DNA of 64,000 nt from an uncultured Pelagibacteraceae bacterium (GTDB lineage: Bacteria > Pseudomonadota > Alphaproteobacteria > Pelagibacterales > Pelagibacteraceae), in contig CACEKT010000002.1 of NCBI GenBank assembly GCA_902560225.1, positions 932 through 64,931 of the forward strand. The letters run 5' to 3'. A program made the position numbers and the translations under genes. Under the pieces are notes generated by a model. That model saw only the letters and a program-made list of their open reading frames with translations. It was not told where the DNA came from and did not search any database. Shown one piece after another: positions 51,368-61,080 of this stretch. Positions within the stretch are counted from its first letter, which is position 1. Each line of letters begins with the position of its first letter.

Positions 51368-52270
51368 ATGCAAATAGGAATTGATGTAGGCGCAACAAAA
51401 ATAGAAAGTGTTGTATTGGAAGAAAGTGGAAATGAAAAACATAGATCAAGAACAAACTGTCCAAAAGATTATTTATCGATAATTACAACAATTAAAGATA
51501 TAAGTAAAAAACTTGAAAAAGAATTTCAAAAAGAACTACCGATAGGAGTATGTCATCCGGGTATTCATTCACCTCAAACTGGTTTAGTAAAAAATGCACC
51601 AAATTGCTACTGGCTAGAAAAAAAACCTTTTCAAAATGATTTACGAAAAGCATTAGGTAAAGAAGTTTTTTGTGAAAATGATGCAAATTGTTTCGCTTTA
51701 TCTGAATCAATAGATGGATCAGGAAAACACTATAAAATAGTTTATGGTATCATTTTAGGATCAGGTGCAGGTGGAGGACTTGTTATTGACAAACAAATTG
51801 TAAGTGGACCAAATGGAGTAGCTGGTGAATGGGGACATAATCAAATTCCATATTTTGCAGCAAAAAAAGAGAAGTTTGACTCAAGTAATGCCAGAGAAGC
51901 AGAAATTGAAAGTTTTATTTCTGGCTTAGCACTTGCGAAAAGATTTAATAAAATCTATGGAAAAAATTTAAAAACAAGTGAGATTTTTGAATTAAACCGA
52001 AAACATGATCTGGACGCAGAAAGATTTATAGAAGATTTTAAATTAAATTTAGCAATGTCGCTTTCTAGTATTATCAATATTTTAGATCCAGATGCCTTTA
52101 TATTTGGTGGCGGGGTTTCAAATGAAATTGATTTTCTAAGTGAAATTGAGTCAATGGTTAAAAAATTTGTTATAGGAAAAGAATATGAGGGTGTTTTCTT
52201 AAAACCAAAGTTTGGTGATGCAAGTGGTGTAAGAGGAGCAGCTAGATTAGGAAGAAGTGCGACTTATTAA
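51368..52270 (+). CDS. ROK-family sugar kinase (fructokinase/Mak-like)
   Basis: GIDVGATK, ENDANCFALSE, GEWGH and GDASGVRGAA motifs. No N-terminal HTH. Confidence 0.85.
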   Translation: MQIGIDVGATKIESVVLEESGNEKHRSRTNCPKDYLSIITTIKDISKKLEKEFQKELPIGVCHPGIHSPQTGLVKNAPNCYWLEKKPFQNDLRKALGKEVFCENDANCFALSESIDGSGKHYKIVYGIILGSGAGGGLVIDKQIVSGPNGVAGEWGHNQIPYFAAKKEKFDSSNAREAEIESFISGLALAKRFNKIYGKNLKTSEIFELNRKHDLDAERFIEDFKLNLAMSLSSIINILDPDAFIFGGGVSNEIDFLSEIESMVKKFVIGKEYEGVFLKPKFGDASGVRGAARLGRSATY

Positions 52271-52460
52271 AATACATCTTAGAATTGAATTAAAAGTTTT
52301 AGATTTTTAATTAACTTTCTCTAATAAAAATTAAATATACATAAAAAAATATAACAACTTGAAGTTGTAAGACATTTTTTTTAATTTACATTATCTAATC
52401 AATCTGACCTATAGTCTTTTTTTTAAAAAATAAGTTAACTTAATAATATAGAGGAAAGAT

Positions 52461-53717
52461 ATGAGAAAAATAATAATCGCCTTAATTGCATTTGCGTTTA
52501 CTTCTACTTCATCTTTTGCTGGACCTAAAATTGAGGTTTTGCACTGGTGGACATCTGGTGGTGAAGCAGCTGCTCTTAAAGTATTAAAAGACGATTTTGC
52601 CGCCAATGGTGGTGAATGGTTAGATATGCCTGTAACTGGTGGTGGTGGAGATGCTGCTAACGTTGCACTTAAAGCTAGAATAGTTGCTGGAGATCCTCCA
52701 TCTGCATCTCAAATTAAAGGACCTACAATTCAAGAGTATGACCAAGAAGGTGTTGTAGCTCCATATAACATTGACTCAGTTGCTAAATCAGAAGGTTGGG
52801 ACAATTTATTAGATCCAATGATTGCAGCTATTCACAAGTGTGAAAATAACAGCGGTCCTTATTGTGCTGCTCCAGTAAACATTCACAGAATTGACTGGAT
52901 GTGGGCTAACAAAGCTGTATTTGATGCAAACGGTATTTCTGTTCCAACTACTTGGGATGAATTAAATGCTGCTGCTGAAAAATTACAAGCTGCTGGTATA
53001 ATTCCATTTGCGCATGGTGGTCAAGCTTGGCAAGATGCTACAGTATTTGAAGCAGTTGCTATGGGTCTTGGTGGAAATAACTATTACAAAAACTGTTACG
53101 TAGATCTTAAAGAAAATTGTTTAAGAAGTGAAACAACAGTTAAAGTATTTGACCAAATGAGAAAACTACAAAGCTATACTGATGAAGGTAGTCCAGGTAG
53201 AGACTGGAACGTTGCTACTGGTATGGTTATTGAAGGAAAAGCTGGTTTCCAAATTATGGGTGACTGGGCAAAAGGTGAATTTACAGCTGCTGGAAAAGTT
53301 CCAGGTGTAGATTACTACTGTGCTGCTACTCCTTCAAACAATGGATACTTATATAACGTAGATAGTTTTATCTTTTACAAATCTAGTGATCCAGATAAAC
53401 AAGCTGGCCAAAAGTTATTAGCTAAGCTTATGATGGGTAAAAACTTCCAAAAAGTTTTCAACCTATACAAAGGTTCTATCCCAGCTCGTTTAGACGTATC
53501 AATGGATGAATTTGATAAATGTGCAAAAACATCTAATGCAGATATCAAAACTGCTGGCGCAAGTGGTGGATTAGTTCCAAGTTTTGCTCACGGTATGGCA
53601 CAAGGTAATACTATGAAAGCTGCCCTGCAAGATATCATCACAGAGCACTTTAACTCTGATATGTCATCTGTAGATGCTGCTAATGCATTAGCTGATTCAG
53701 TTTTAGCTAATATGTAG
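52461..53717 (+). CDS. Sugar ABC transporter substrate-binding protein (GtsA glucose-binding type)
   Basis: Signal peptide, EVLHWWTSGGEAAAL, PVNIHR, AHGGQAWQD, QIMGDWAKGEF and PSFAHGMA. SD gagg precedes it. Confidence 0.9.
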   Translation: MRKIIIALIAFAFTSTSSFAGPKIEVLHWWTSGGEAAALKVLKDDFAANGGEWLDMPVTGGGGDAANVALKARIVAGDPPSASQIKGPTIQEYDQEGVVAPYNIDSVAKSEGWDNLLDPMIAAIHKCENNSGPYCAAPVNIHRIDWMWANKAVFDANGISVPTTWDELNAAAEKLQAAGIIPFAHGGQAWQDATVFEAVAMGLGGNNYYKNCYVDLKENCLRSETTVKVFDQMRKLQSYTDEGSPGRDWNVATGMVIEGKAGFQIMGDWAKGEFTAAGKVPGVDYYCAATPSNNGYLYNVDSFIFYKSSDPDKQAGQKLLAKLMMGKNFQKVFNLYKGSIPARLDVSMDEFDKCAKTSNADIKTAGASGGLVPSFAHGMAQGNTMKAALQDIITEHFNSDMSSVDAANALADSVLANM

Positions 53718-53729
53718 TAAATAAAAATT

Positions 53730-53763
53730 AAAAGGCCGCTTTTGATTAAGTGGCCTTTTTTTT
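53730..53763 (+). terminator. Intra-operon terminator-like hairpin after the binding-protein gene
   Basis: aaaaggccgctt-ttgatt-aagtggcctttttttt. Confidence 0.82.
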
Positions 53764-53790
53764 AGATCTTAAAATAAAAAAATATTTTTA

Positions 53791-54666
53791 ATGTTCAAGT
53801 GGTTAGAAAAAAATTTACCTAAAATTGTAATGGCTCCTGCTGTTGGTCTAATAGGTTGGTTTGTATATGGCTTTGTACTTTGGACTTTATATATATCTTT
53901 TACTAATTCTAAAATTCTTCCAAAATATGAATTATGGGGATTTGGACAATATGAAAAGTTATGGGCATCAAGAAAATGGCTCATCTCTGTAGATAATTTA
54001 TTAGTTTTTACAGCTTTGTTTTTAATTTTTTGTATAGTTATTGGTATAATTCTTGCAATTTTTTTAGACCAAAAGATTAGAGCAGAAGGTGTTTTAAGAA
54101 CTATCTACTTATATCCCATGGCTCTTTCATTTATTGTTACTGGTACAGCTTGGAAGTGGATTTTAAATCCAAGTTTAGGCCTTCAAAAAATGTTTATAGA
54201 TTGGGGTTTTGAAAATTTTACATTTGATTGGCTGGTTAATAGAGAAATGGCTATTTATACCATTGTAATAGCAGGGGTATGGCAATCAGCTGGCTTTGTT
54301 ATGGCTTTATTTTTAGCTGGTCTAAGATCAGTTGAGGACGAAATTGTAAAAGCCGCAAAAATTGATGGAGCAGGTTTATTTACAGTGTATTGGAAAATTT
54401 TACTTCCCATGATGAGACCAGTATTTTTCACAAGTTTTGTAATTTTAGTACACATATCTATTAAAAGCTATGATCTCATCGTAGCGCTAACACAAGGTGG
54501 ACCAGGTATTTCAACTACAATGCCAGCTTTATTTATGACGCAAGCTGCTTTTCATAAAAGTCAAGTAGGGCTGTCTGCAGCAAGTGCCATGATGATGTTT
54601 ATGGCAGTAGCAGCTGTAATTATTCCATATTTATACTCTGAATTAAGGAGAGAAAATGCAAGATAA
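53791..54666 (+). CDS. Sugar ABC transporter permease 1
   Basis: RTIYLYPMALS, EAA-like KAAKIDGA and TQGGPG motifs. Confidence 0.92.
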   Translation: MFKWLEKNLPKIVMAPAVGLIGWFVYGFVLWTLYISFTNSKILPKYELWGFGQYEKLWASRKWLISVDNLLVFTALFLIFCIVIGIILAIFLDQKIRAEGVLRTIYLYPMALSFIVTGTAWKWILNPSLGLQKMFIDWGFENFTFDWLVNREMAIYTIVIAGVWQSAGFVMALFLAGLRSVEDEIVKAAKIDGAGLFTVYWKILLPMMRPVFFTSFVILVHISIKSYDLIVALTQGGPGISTTMPALFMTQAAFHKSQVGLSAASAMMMFMAVAAVIIPYLYSELRRENAR

Positions 54667-55561
54667 TCTACAAAGATCTTCTTATGAGCAACTCGAACAA
54701 AAATCTAAATATACAAATATGTTTTTGAGATGGTTTTTGTATTTTGTTTTAATTCTTTTTGCGTCTTATTTTATTTTTCCATTGTACGTGATGGTAGTAA
54801 CTTCATTAAAAACAATGGAAGAAATTCGACAAGGAACACTTCTTACTTGGCCAAGTTCTTTAAATTTTGATTCATGGTTAGTTGCATGGGGTGGCAGAGG
54901 TTATGGAGCAGGTGATACTTTTTTAAGACCATATTTTTGGAATTCAATAAAAATGGTTGTACCGGCAGTATTTTTTTCTACATTTATTGGTGCAATGACC
55001 GGTTATGTTTTAACAAAATGGAGATTTAAAGGAGATCAATGGGTTTTTCTTTTTTTGCTTTTTGGATGTTTTATTCCTTTTCAGGCTATTTTGCTACCAA
55101 TGGCTAGAACGCTTGGAGCACTAGGAATATCAAATTCTGTAGTTGGTCTTGTATTAGTTCACACAGTTTATGGAATTCCATTTACAACTTTATTTTTTAG
55201 AAACTATTATGTTTCAGTACCCACAGAATTAGTTAAAGCTGCTAGAATAGATGGAGCAGGATTTTTTAAAATATTTTTTAAGATATTGTTACCAATCTCT
55301 GCGCCAATAATTGTTGTAACAGTTATTTGGCAATTTACACAAATCTGGAATGATTTTTTATTTGGATCTACATTTTCATTTGGTGAAGCTGCACCAATCC
55401 AAGTAGCATTAAATAATATGGTTTTATCAAGTACAAGTGTAAAAGAATATAATGTTGATATGGCATCAGCAATTATTGCAGGCATACCGACACTTATTGT
55501 TTATGTTTTAGCAGGTAAATATTTTATTAGAGGATTAACTTCAGGAGCAGTGAAAGGATAA
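54656..55561 (+). CDS. Sugar ABC transporter permease 2
   Basis: ELVKAARIDGAG, WNDFLF and FIRGLTSGAVKG motifs. Confidence 0.92.
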   Translation: MQDNLQRSSYEQLEQKSKYTNMFLRWFLYFVLILFASYFIFPLYVMVVTSLKTMEEIRQGTLLTWPSSLNFDSWLVAWGGRGYGAGDTFLRPYFWNSIKMVVPAVFFSTFIGAMTGYVLTKWRFKGDQWVFLFLLFGCFIPFQAILLPMARTLGALGISNSVVGLVLVHTVYGIPFTTLFFRNYYVSVPTELVKAARIDGAGFFKIFFKILLPISAPIIVVTVIWQFTQIWNDFLFGSTFSFGEAAPIQVALNNMVLSSTSVKEYNVDMASAIIAGIPTLIVYVLAGKYFIRGLTSGAVKG

Positions 55562-55563
55562 TA

Positions 55564-56658
55564 ATGAAAACATTAAAAATTGAAGAATTATCAAAGAATT
55601 TTGGATCAACAGAGGTATTAAAAAAAATTAATTTAGAAATAGATGAAGGAAATTTCTTAGTTCTTTTAGGTCCTTCAGGCTGTGGAAAATCTACATTATT
55701 AAACATTATTGCAGGTTTAGAGACAATCAATGAGGGCAATGTATTCATAGATGATTATAACGTAAGCAAAGTAGAGCCAAAAGACAGGAACATTGCAATG
55801 GTTTTTCAATCATATGCTTTGTATCCGTCAATGAATGTGCGTGAAAATATGATTTTTGGTCTCAAACAAGCAAAGGTATCAAAAGAAAAAATAGAGGAAC
55901 AGTTAGAAAAAGTATCAAAATTTTTACAGGTAGACTCATTGTTAGAAAGGAAACCTTCTCAGCTATCAGGAGGGCAAAGACAGCGTGTAGCAATTGGTAG
56001 AGCATTAGTTAGAGAGCCAAGAATATTTTTATTTGATGAACCATTATCAAATCTAGATGCAAAATTGAGAGTTGAAATGAGACGAGAAATTAAAAAACTT
56101 CATCAACAACTTAAAACAACAGTAGTTTATGTAACTCACGACCAAACTGAAGCTATGAGTTTAGGAACTAAAATTGCAATCATGAACCATGGTGTAATTC
56201 AACAAAACGATACGCCAGAAAATATTTACAATAAACCAAGCAATACATTTGTTGCTGACTTTATTGGATCTCCTTCAATGAATCTAATAAAAGGTAAGTT
56301 AAAGCAAAGTTCCAGTAATATTTTATTTACTGTTGAAGGAGCAAATTTTGATATTCCAATTAACAGTTATGATTTTGAAAATACGTCTCAACTAGATAAT
56401 AAAGAGGTATATTTTGGAATTAGACCAGAACATATTTATTTTAAAAAAACTAATGATGATGATTATGAGGTCAATTTAATAGCTGATTTAAGTGAATATA
56501 TAGGCCATGAACAAATTATGACCTTTAATTTTGCAAATCAAGAACTATTAGCAAAATTCCCATCTACAATAAAAATTGAGTTAAATAAAGAAACAAAATT
56601 ATATTTTGATTTAACCCAAATTTCATTGTTTGATGCTAATTCAGAAAGTAGAATTTAA
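55564..56658 (+). CDS. Sugar ABC transporter ATPase (MalK-like)
   Basis: GPSGCGKS, VFQSYALYP, LSGGQRQR and DEPLSNLDA motifs. Confidence 0.94.
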   Translation: MKTLKIEELSKNFGSTEVLKKINLEIDEGNFLVLLGPSGCGKSTLLNIIAGLETINEGNVFIDDYNVSKVEPKDRNIAMVFQSYALYPSMNVRENMIFGLKQAKVSKEKIEEQLEKVSKFLQVDSLLERKPSQLSGGQRQRVAIGRALVREPRIFLFDEPLSNLDAKLRVEMRREIKKLHQQLKTTVVYVTHDQTEAMSLGTKIAIMNHGVIQQNDTPENIYNKPSNTFVADFIGSPSMNLIKGKLKQSSSNILFTVEGANFDIPINSYDFENTSQLDNKEVYFGIRPEHIYFKKTNDDDYEVNLIADLSEYIGHEQIMTFNFANQELLAKFPSTIKIELNKETKLYFDLTQISLFDANSESRI

Positions 56659-56660
56659 AA

Positions 56661-57422
56661 ATGAAAGTAAAATATTTTGATTTAAAAAATAAAAGAGTTT
56701 TTATTTCAGGTGGTGGATCAGGTATCGGTGCAACCATAGTGGAGCATTTCTGTGAACAAAATAGTGAAGTTTATTTTATAGATATAAACATTAAAGCTTC
56801 AAAAAAATTATTAAAAAATATTAAAAAAAAGAAATTAAGATCCCCTACTTTTATTGAGTGCAATATTTTAGATATCAAAAAACTTCAAACTATAATTAAG
56901 GATATTATTAACAAGAAAGGGCCAATACATTGTTTGATAAATAGTGCTGCTAATGACGATAGACACACTACAGAGCAAGTTGATGAAAAATATTGGGAAA
57001 ATAGAATGAGTATCAACTTAAAACATTATTTCTTTGCTGCACAATCTGTTGTTAAAGGGATGAAAAAAATTAAATCAGGATCAATTGTAAATCTAAGTTC
57101 GGTTTCATGGGTTCTGGGAGAAGGAGATAAAGTAGTATACGAAACTGCCAAATCCGCAGTAGTTGGTTTAACTAGATCTTTCGCTCAGGAATTTGGAAAG
57201 TATAATATTAGAACTAATTCAGTAATTCCTGGTTCAATTGCGACTGAAAGACAAATTAAACATTGGTTAACACCAAAGTATAAAAAACTTATTTTAGACA
57301 GTCAGGCATTAAAACGTCAATTAAAACCTGAGGATGTTGCAAGATTAGTGTTGTTTTTATCTTCTGATCAATCTTCAGGTTGTACAAAACAAAGTTTTTT
57401 TGTAGATGCTGGAGTAACTTAA
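56661..57422 (+). CDS. SDR aldose 1-dehydrogenase, Caulobacter XylB-like
   Basis: Y..LKNKRVFISGGGSGIG, ANDDRH, YWENR, YETAK, TERQ..W and Q.LK..PEDVA motifs. Confidence 0.78.
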   Translation: MKVKYFDLKNKRVFISGGGSGIGATIVEHFCEQNSEVYFIDINIKASKKLLKNIKKKKLRSPTFIECNILDIKKLQTIIKDIINKKGPIHCLINSAANDDRHTTEQVDEKYWENRMSINLKHYFFAAQSVVKGMKKIKSGSIVNLSSVSWVLGEGDKVVYETAKSAVVGLTRSFAQEFGKYNIRTNSVIPGSIATERQIKHWLTPKYKKLILDSQALKRQLKPEDVARLVLFLSSDQSSGCTKQSFFVDAGVT

Positions 57423-57432
57423 AAATAATATA

Positions 57433-59208
57433 GTGAAAAAGATTAAACTTAGAAGCAAAGAATGGTTTGATAACCCAAAGGACCCTGGTCTTACAGCAAT
57501 ATATTTAGAGCGATATTTAAATTATGGATTAAAAAGAGAAGATCTTCAATCTGGAAAACCAATTATAGGGATTGCACAATCAGGTAGCGATCTCTCTCCA
57601 TGCAATAGACATTTTCAATCATTAAGTAAAACCATTAAAGATGGAATAAGAGAAGCAGGTGGAGTACCTATGGAATTTCCAACACATCCAATTCAAGAAA
57701 CAGGCAAAAGACCAACAGCAGCACTTGATAGAAATCTCTCATATTTATCTTTGGTTGAAGTTTTGTATGGATACCCAATTGATGGAGTTATCTTAACTAC
57801 CGGATGTGATAAAACTACACCAGCTGCTCTTATGGCTGCAGCAACTGTAAATATTCCTTCAATAGTACTATCAGGTGGCCCAATGTTAGATGGAAATTAC
57901 AAAGGAAAAAAAGCTGGTTCAGGCACTATAATTTGGGAAGCAAGAAAATTACATGCAAAAGGTGAAATTGATTATGATGAATTTATGGATATGGCGGCAG
58001 CTTCAGCTCCAAGTGTAGGCCATTGTAATACTATGGGAACAGCATCCTCAATGAATTCAATTGCAGAAGCTTTAGGAATGTCACTTCCTGGAGGAGCAAT
58101 TATTCCAGCTCCTTACAAAGAACGAACTGAAATTTCTTTTGAAACAGGAAAAAGAATTGTTGAAATGGTTTTTGAAAATTTAACACCATCAAAAATTATG
58201 ACAAAAGAAGCATTTGAAAATGCAGTATACGTAGCAAGTGCCATTGGTGCTTCAAGTAACTGTCCACCTCATTTAACAGCTATTGCAAGGCATATGGGTA
58301 TTGATTTTAATTTAGAACAATGGGAAAAATTAGGACACAACATTCCTTTATTAGCAAATTGTCAGCCTGCTGGAGAATATCTTATGGAGGGTTTTTTTAA
58401 AGCTGGTGGTATACCAGCTATAATGAAAGAATTAATAAAAGATAAAAAATTAAATACTAATACTTTAACTGTAACAGGAAAAACTATTGAGGAAAATTTG
58501 CGTACTAAATTTAATGTTGATAGAAATGTTATTAAATCGTATGAAAACCCGATATCCCATAATGCTGGTTTTATTATTATGAAAAGTAATTTTTTTAGTT
58601 CAGCAGTGATGAAAACCTCTGTTATCAGTTCAGAATTTAGAGAAAGGTATTTATCTAATAAAGATAGTTTAAATGTTTTTGAAGTAAAAGCTGTTGTTTT
58701 TGAAGGTCCTGAGGATTATCATTTAAGAATAAATGATAAAAGCTTAGAAGTTGATGAAAACTCAATATTAATTATCAGAGGGTGTGGACCAATTGGATAC
58801 CCTGGATCTGGAGAAGTTGTAAATATGCAGCCACCAGATAGACTTTTAAAGAAAGGAATTAATACATTACCAACCTTAGGTGATGGAAGGCAAAGTGGAA
58901 CATCTGAAAGTCCTTCAATATTAAATGTATCACCCGAGTCGGCGATAGGAGGAGATCTTTTAATAATTAAAACTGGTGACAAAATTAAAATAGATCTTAA
59001 TAATAGTAGGATAGATCTGCTTGTTTCAGATGAAGAAATTAAAAGAAGAAAAAAAAATACTAAATTGCCAATATTAAAAAACCAAACACCGTGGCAAGAA
59101 ATTTCAAGAAAAATGGTTGGACAATTAGAGACAGGCGGTTGTTTGGAAACAGAAACTGTTTTTTTAGATATAACTAATACTAAAGGAATGCCGAGACATT
59201 CACATTAG
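57433..59208 (+). CDS. IlvD/Edd-family sugar-acid dehydratase, D-xylonate dehydratase XylD-like
   Basis: RS..WFDNP, YLERYLNYG, SPCNRH, GCDKTTP, GHCNTMGTAS, VVNMQPP, DGRQSGT, TPWQE and C-terminal PRHSH. Confidence 0.85.
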   Translation: MKKIKLRSKEWFDNPKDPGLTAIYLERYLNYGLKREDLQSGKPIIGIAQSGSDLSPCNRHFQSLSKTIKDGIREAGGVPMEFPTHPIQETGKRPTAALDRNLSYLSLVEVLYGYPIDGVILTTGCDKTTPAALMAAATVNIPSIVLSGGPMLDGNYKGKKAGSGTIIWEARKLHAKGEIDYDEFMDMAAASAPSVGHCNTMGTASSMNSIAEALGMSLPGGAIIPAPYKERTEISFETGKRIVEMVFENLTPSKIMTKEAFENAVYVASAIGASSNCPPHLTAIARHMGIDFNLEQWEKLGHNIPLLANCQPAGEYLMEGFFKAGGIPAIMKELIKDKKLNTNTLTVTGKTIEENLRTKFNVDRNVIKSYENPISHNAGFIIMKSNFFSSAVMKTSVISSEFRERYLSNKDSLNVFEVKAVVFEGPEDYHLRINDKSLEVDENSILIIRGCGPIGYPGSGEVVNMQPPDRLLKKGINTLPTLGDGRQSGTSESPSILNVSPESAIGGDLLIIKTGDKIKIDLNNSRIDLLVSDEEIKRRKKNTKLPILKNQTPWQEISRKMVGQLETGGCLETETVFLDITNTKGMPRHSH

Positions 59209-59218
59209 AAAGGTAAAT

Positions 59219-59962
59219 ATGACAAATAGACTTGAAGGTAAAAAGATTTTAGTAACAGCAGCTGGTCAAGGGATCGGTAGAGCAACAGCAGTTGCTTTTC
59301 ATAATGATGGAGCGAATGTTATTGCAACTGATATAAATGAAAAAACACTATCAGCATTAAACAAAGAGTTTCCAAATATAAAAACAAAGAAAATGGATTC
59401 AACTCAAGCTAATGAAATTTCAAAATTTATTAAAACAATTGATAAAATTGATGTACTTTTCAATGCTGTTGGTTTTGTTCATCATGGGAGCATTTTAGAA
59501 TGTGAAGAAAAAGATTGGGATTTTTCTTTAGATGTAAATATTAAATCCATGTATTTTATGTGTAAAGCAGTATTGCCATTAATGATTAAGCAAAATGGTG
59601 GGAGTATAATCAATGTCTCTTCATGCGCTTCAAGTTTAAAAGGATTTCCAAACAGATTTGTTTATGGAACAACAAAAGGAGCTGTTATTGGTTTAACTAA
59701 GTCGATTGCAGCTGATTTTGTCAAAAAAAATATTAGATGTAATTCTATAGCACCGGGAACAGTTTTCTCTCCATCATGGCAAGATAGAGTTAATCAAAGC
59801 CCAGATCCTGTAAAAGCAAAGAAAGATTTTATAGCAAGACAGCCGATGGGAAGATTAGGTACAGCAGAGGAAATTGCAGCAATAGCTGTTTATTTAGCCA
59901 GTGATGACTCAACGTTTACTACAGGCACTACAATTTCTGTTGATGGCGGAATTTCAATTTAA
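59219..59962 (+). CDS. SDR of the BDH2 / 2-keto-3-deoxy-L-fuconate 4-dehydrogenase type
   Basis: RL.GK..LVTAAGQGIG, GFVHHGSIL.C, WDFS..VN, PNRFVYGTTK, PGTV.SPS and FIARQPMGRLG motifs. Confidence 0.75.
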   Translation: MTNRLEGKKILVTAAGQGIGRATAVAFHNDGANVIATDINEKTLSALNKEFPNIKTKKMDSTQANEISKFIKTIDKIDVLFNAVGFVHHGSILECEEKDWDFSLDVNIKSMYFMCKAVLPLMIKQNGGSIINVSSCASSLKGFPNRFVYGTTKGAVIGLTKSIAADFVKKNIRCNSIAPGTVFSPSWQDRVNQSPDPVKAKKDFIARQPMGRLGTAEEIAAIAVYLASDDSTFTTGTTISVDGGISI

Positions 59963-60004
59963 ATAAAACAAATGATATTTATAAAGCTATTATAAATTTT
60001 ATTA

Positions 60005-60916
60005 ATGAAAAAAATTGTTACTTCAGAACCAAAAATACTTTGGAAATTAAAGTGCAAATTGGGTGAAGGAACTTTGTGGGTAAAAGAGCATAACTCAATA
60101 TACTTTGTAGATATTAAAAAAAAGAAGATTTTTTCATTAGATATAAAAAAAAATAAAAAGAAAATATTTTCTGTTAATAAGGAAATAGGTTTTTTAGCTC
60201 ACATAAAAGGATATGTTTTTGTTTTAGGGCTTCAAGGAGAGTTAAGAATTCAGAATATAAAAACAAAAAAAGTAATTAAATCAATTTTTATTGAAAAAAA
60301 TCTTAAATTAAACAGAATTAATGATGGCAAAACAGATACTGTAGGTAATCTCTGGTTTGGTACAATGGATAACTTAGAAAGAAAAATTGAAAAAGGTTCA
60401 CTTTATAAATTAGATAAAAATTTATTACTAACAAAAGTTGATAAAAATTATAGAATCACAAATGGGCCTGCTTTTATTGATCAATTTAATTTTTATCATA
60501 CAGATAGTTCTAAAAAAATAATTTATAAAATTCAAATTAATAAAAAAAATAAAATTATAAGTAAAAAAATATTTAAGAAATTTTCACAAAAGGATGGATC
60601 GCCAGATGGAATGACTTTAGATAAAAATAAAAATTTATGGGTAGCTCATTTTCATGGAGCATGTATTTCTGTTTTTAATAACAAAGCTAAGTTAATTCAC
60701 AGAATTAATTTTCCAGCAAAAAATATTACCAATTGTGCATTTGGAGGCAAAAAAACTAATGAATTGTTTGTTTCAACAGCAACCAAAGGAATGAGCAGGA
60801 CTGATTTTCGAAACTTTAAATATTCAGGATTATTTTTTAATGTAAAAACTAATGCAAAAGGAATTTTGCAAAAAAAATTTATTATAAGTAATGAAAAAAA
60901 GAGATCTTTATTATGA
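60005..60916 (+). CDS. SMP-30/gluconolactonase family sugar lactonase (XylC-like)
   Basis: LGEG..W, RINDGK.D, WFGTMD, TNGP, PDGM..D and TNCAFGG motifs. Confidence 0.88.
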   Translation: MKKIVTSEPKILWKLKCKLGEGTLWVKEHNSIYFVDIKKKKIFSLDIKKNKKKIFSVNKEIGFLAHIKGYVFVLGLQGELRIQNIKTKKVIKSIFIEKNLKLNRINDGKTDTVGNLWFGTMDNLERKIEKGSLYKLDKNLLLTKVDKNYRITNGPAFIDQFNFYHTDSSKKIIYKIQINKKNKIISKKIFKKFSQKDGSPDGMTLDKNKNLWVAHFHGACISVFNNKAKLIHRINFPAKNITNCAFGGKKTNELFVSTATKGMSRTDFRNFKYSGLFFNVKTNAKGILQKKFIISNEKKRSLL

Positions 60917-61022
60917 GAAAGTCCTTAGTAATAAGCCACTAAGAAAGGATATTAGGTTGTTGAGAAAATTTATAGGACTAGTAAATAAAGACGCAGAAGA
61001 ACAAATTCATAATTTAGCCTAA
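60891..61022 (+). pseudogene. 43-codon remnant resembling the PEP carboxylase N-terminus
   Basis: MKKRDLYYEKVLSNKPLRKDIRLLRKFIGLVNKDAEEQIHNLA* resembles the Ppc N-terminal LR.DIRLLG..LG.VI..QEG helix. Overlaps the lactonase 3' end like an operon partner. Confidence 0.55.
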
Positions 61023-61080
61023 ATAAATAGATATTTTTACGAATATTTGTCTAATTAATTTTTATTTGTTAACATAAGTT

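Noticed and set aside
51368-52270. ROK-family repressor for the sugar operon
   Set aside because: It begins directly at the kinase GIDVGATK motif and has no N-terminal HTH.
57433-59208. Branched-chain amino acid IlvD or 6-phosphogluconate dehydratase Edd
   Set aside because: N- and C-terminal signatures match the XylD-type sugar-acid subfamily, and it is flanked by an aldose dehydrogenase and a lactonase.
43900-61050. Recently acquired mobile genomic island
   Set aside because: No integrase, tRNA, transposase or flanking direct repeats were seen, and composition looks like the neighbouring core genes by eye.
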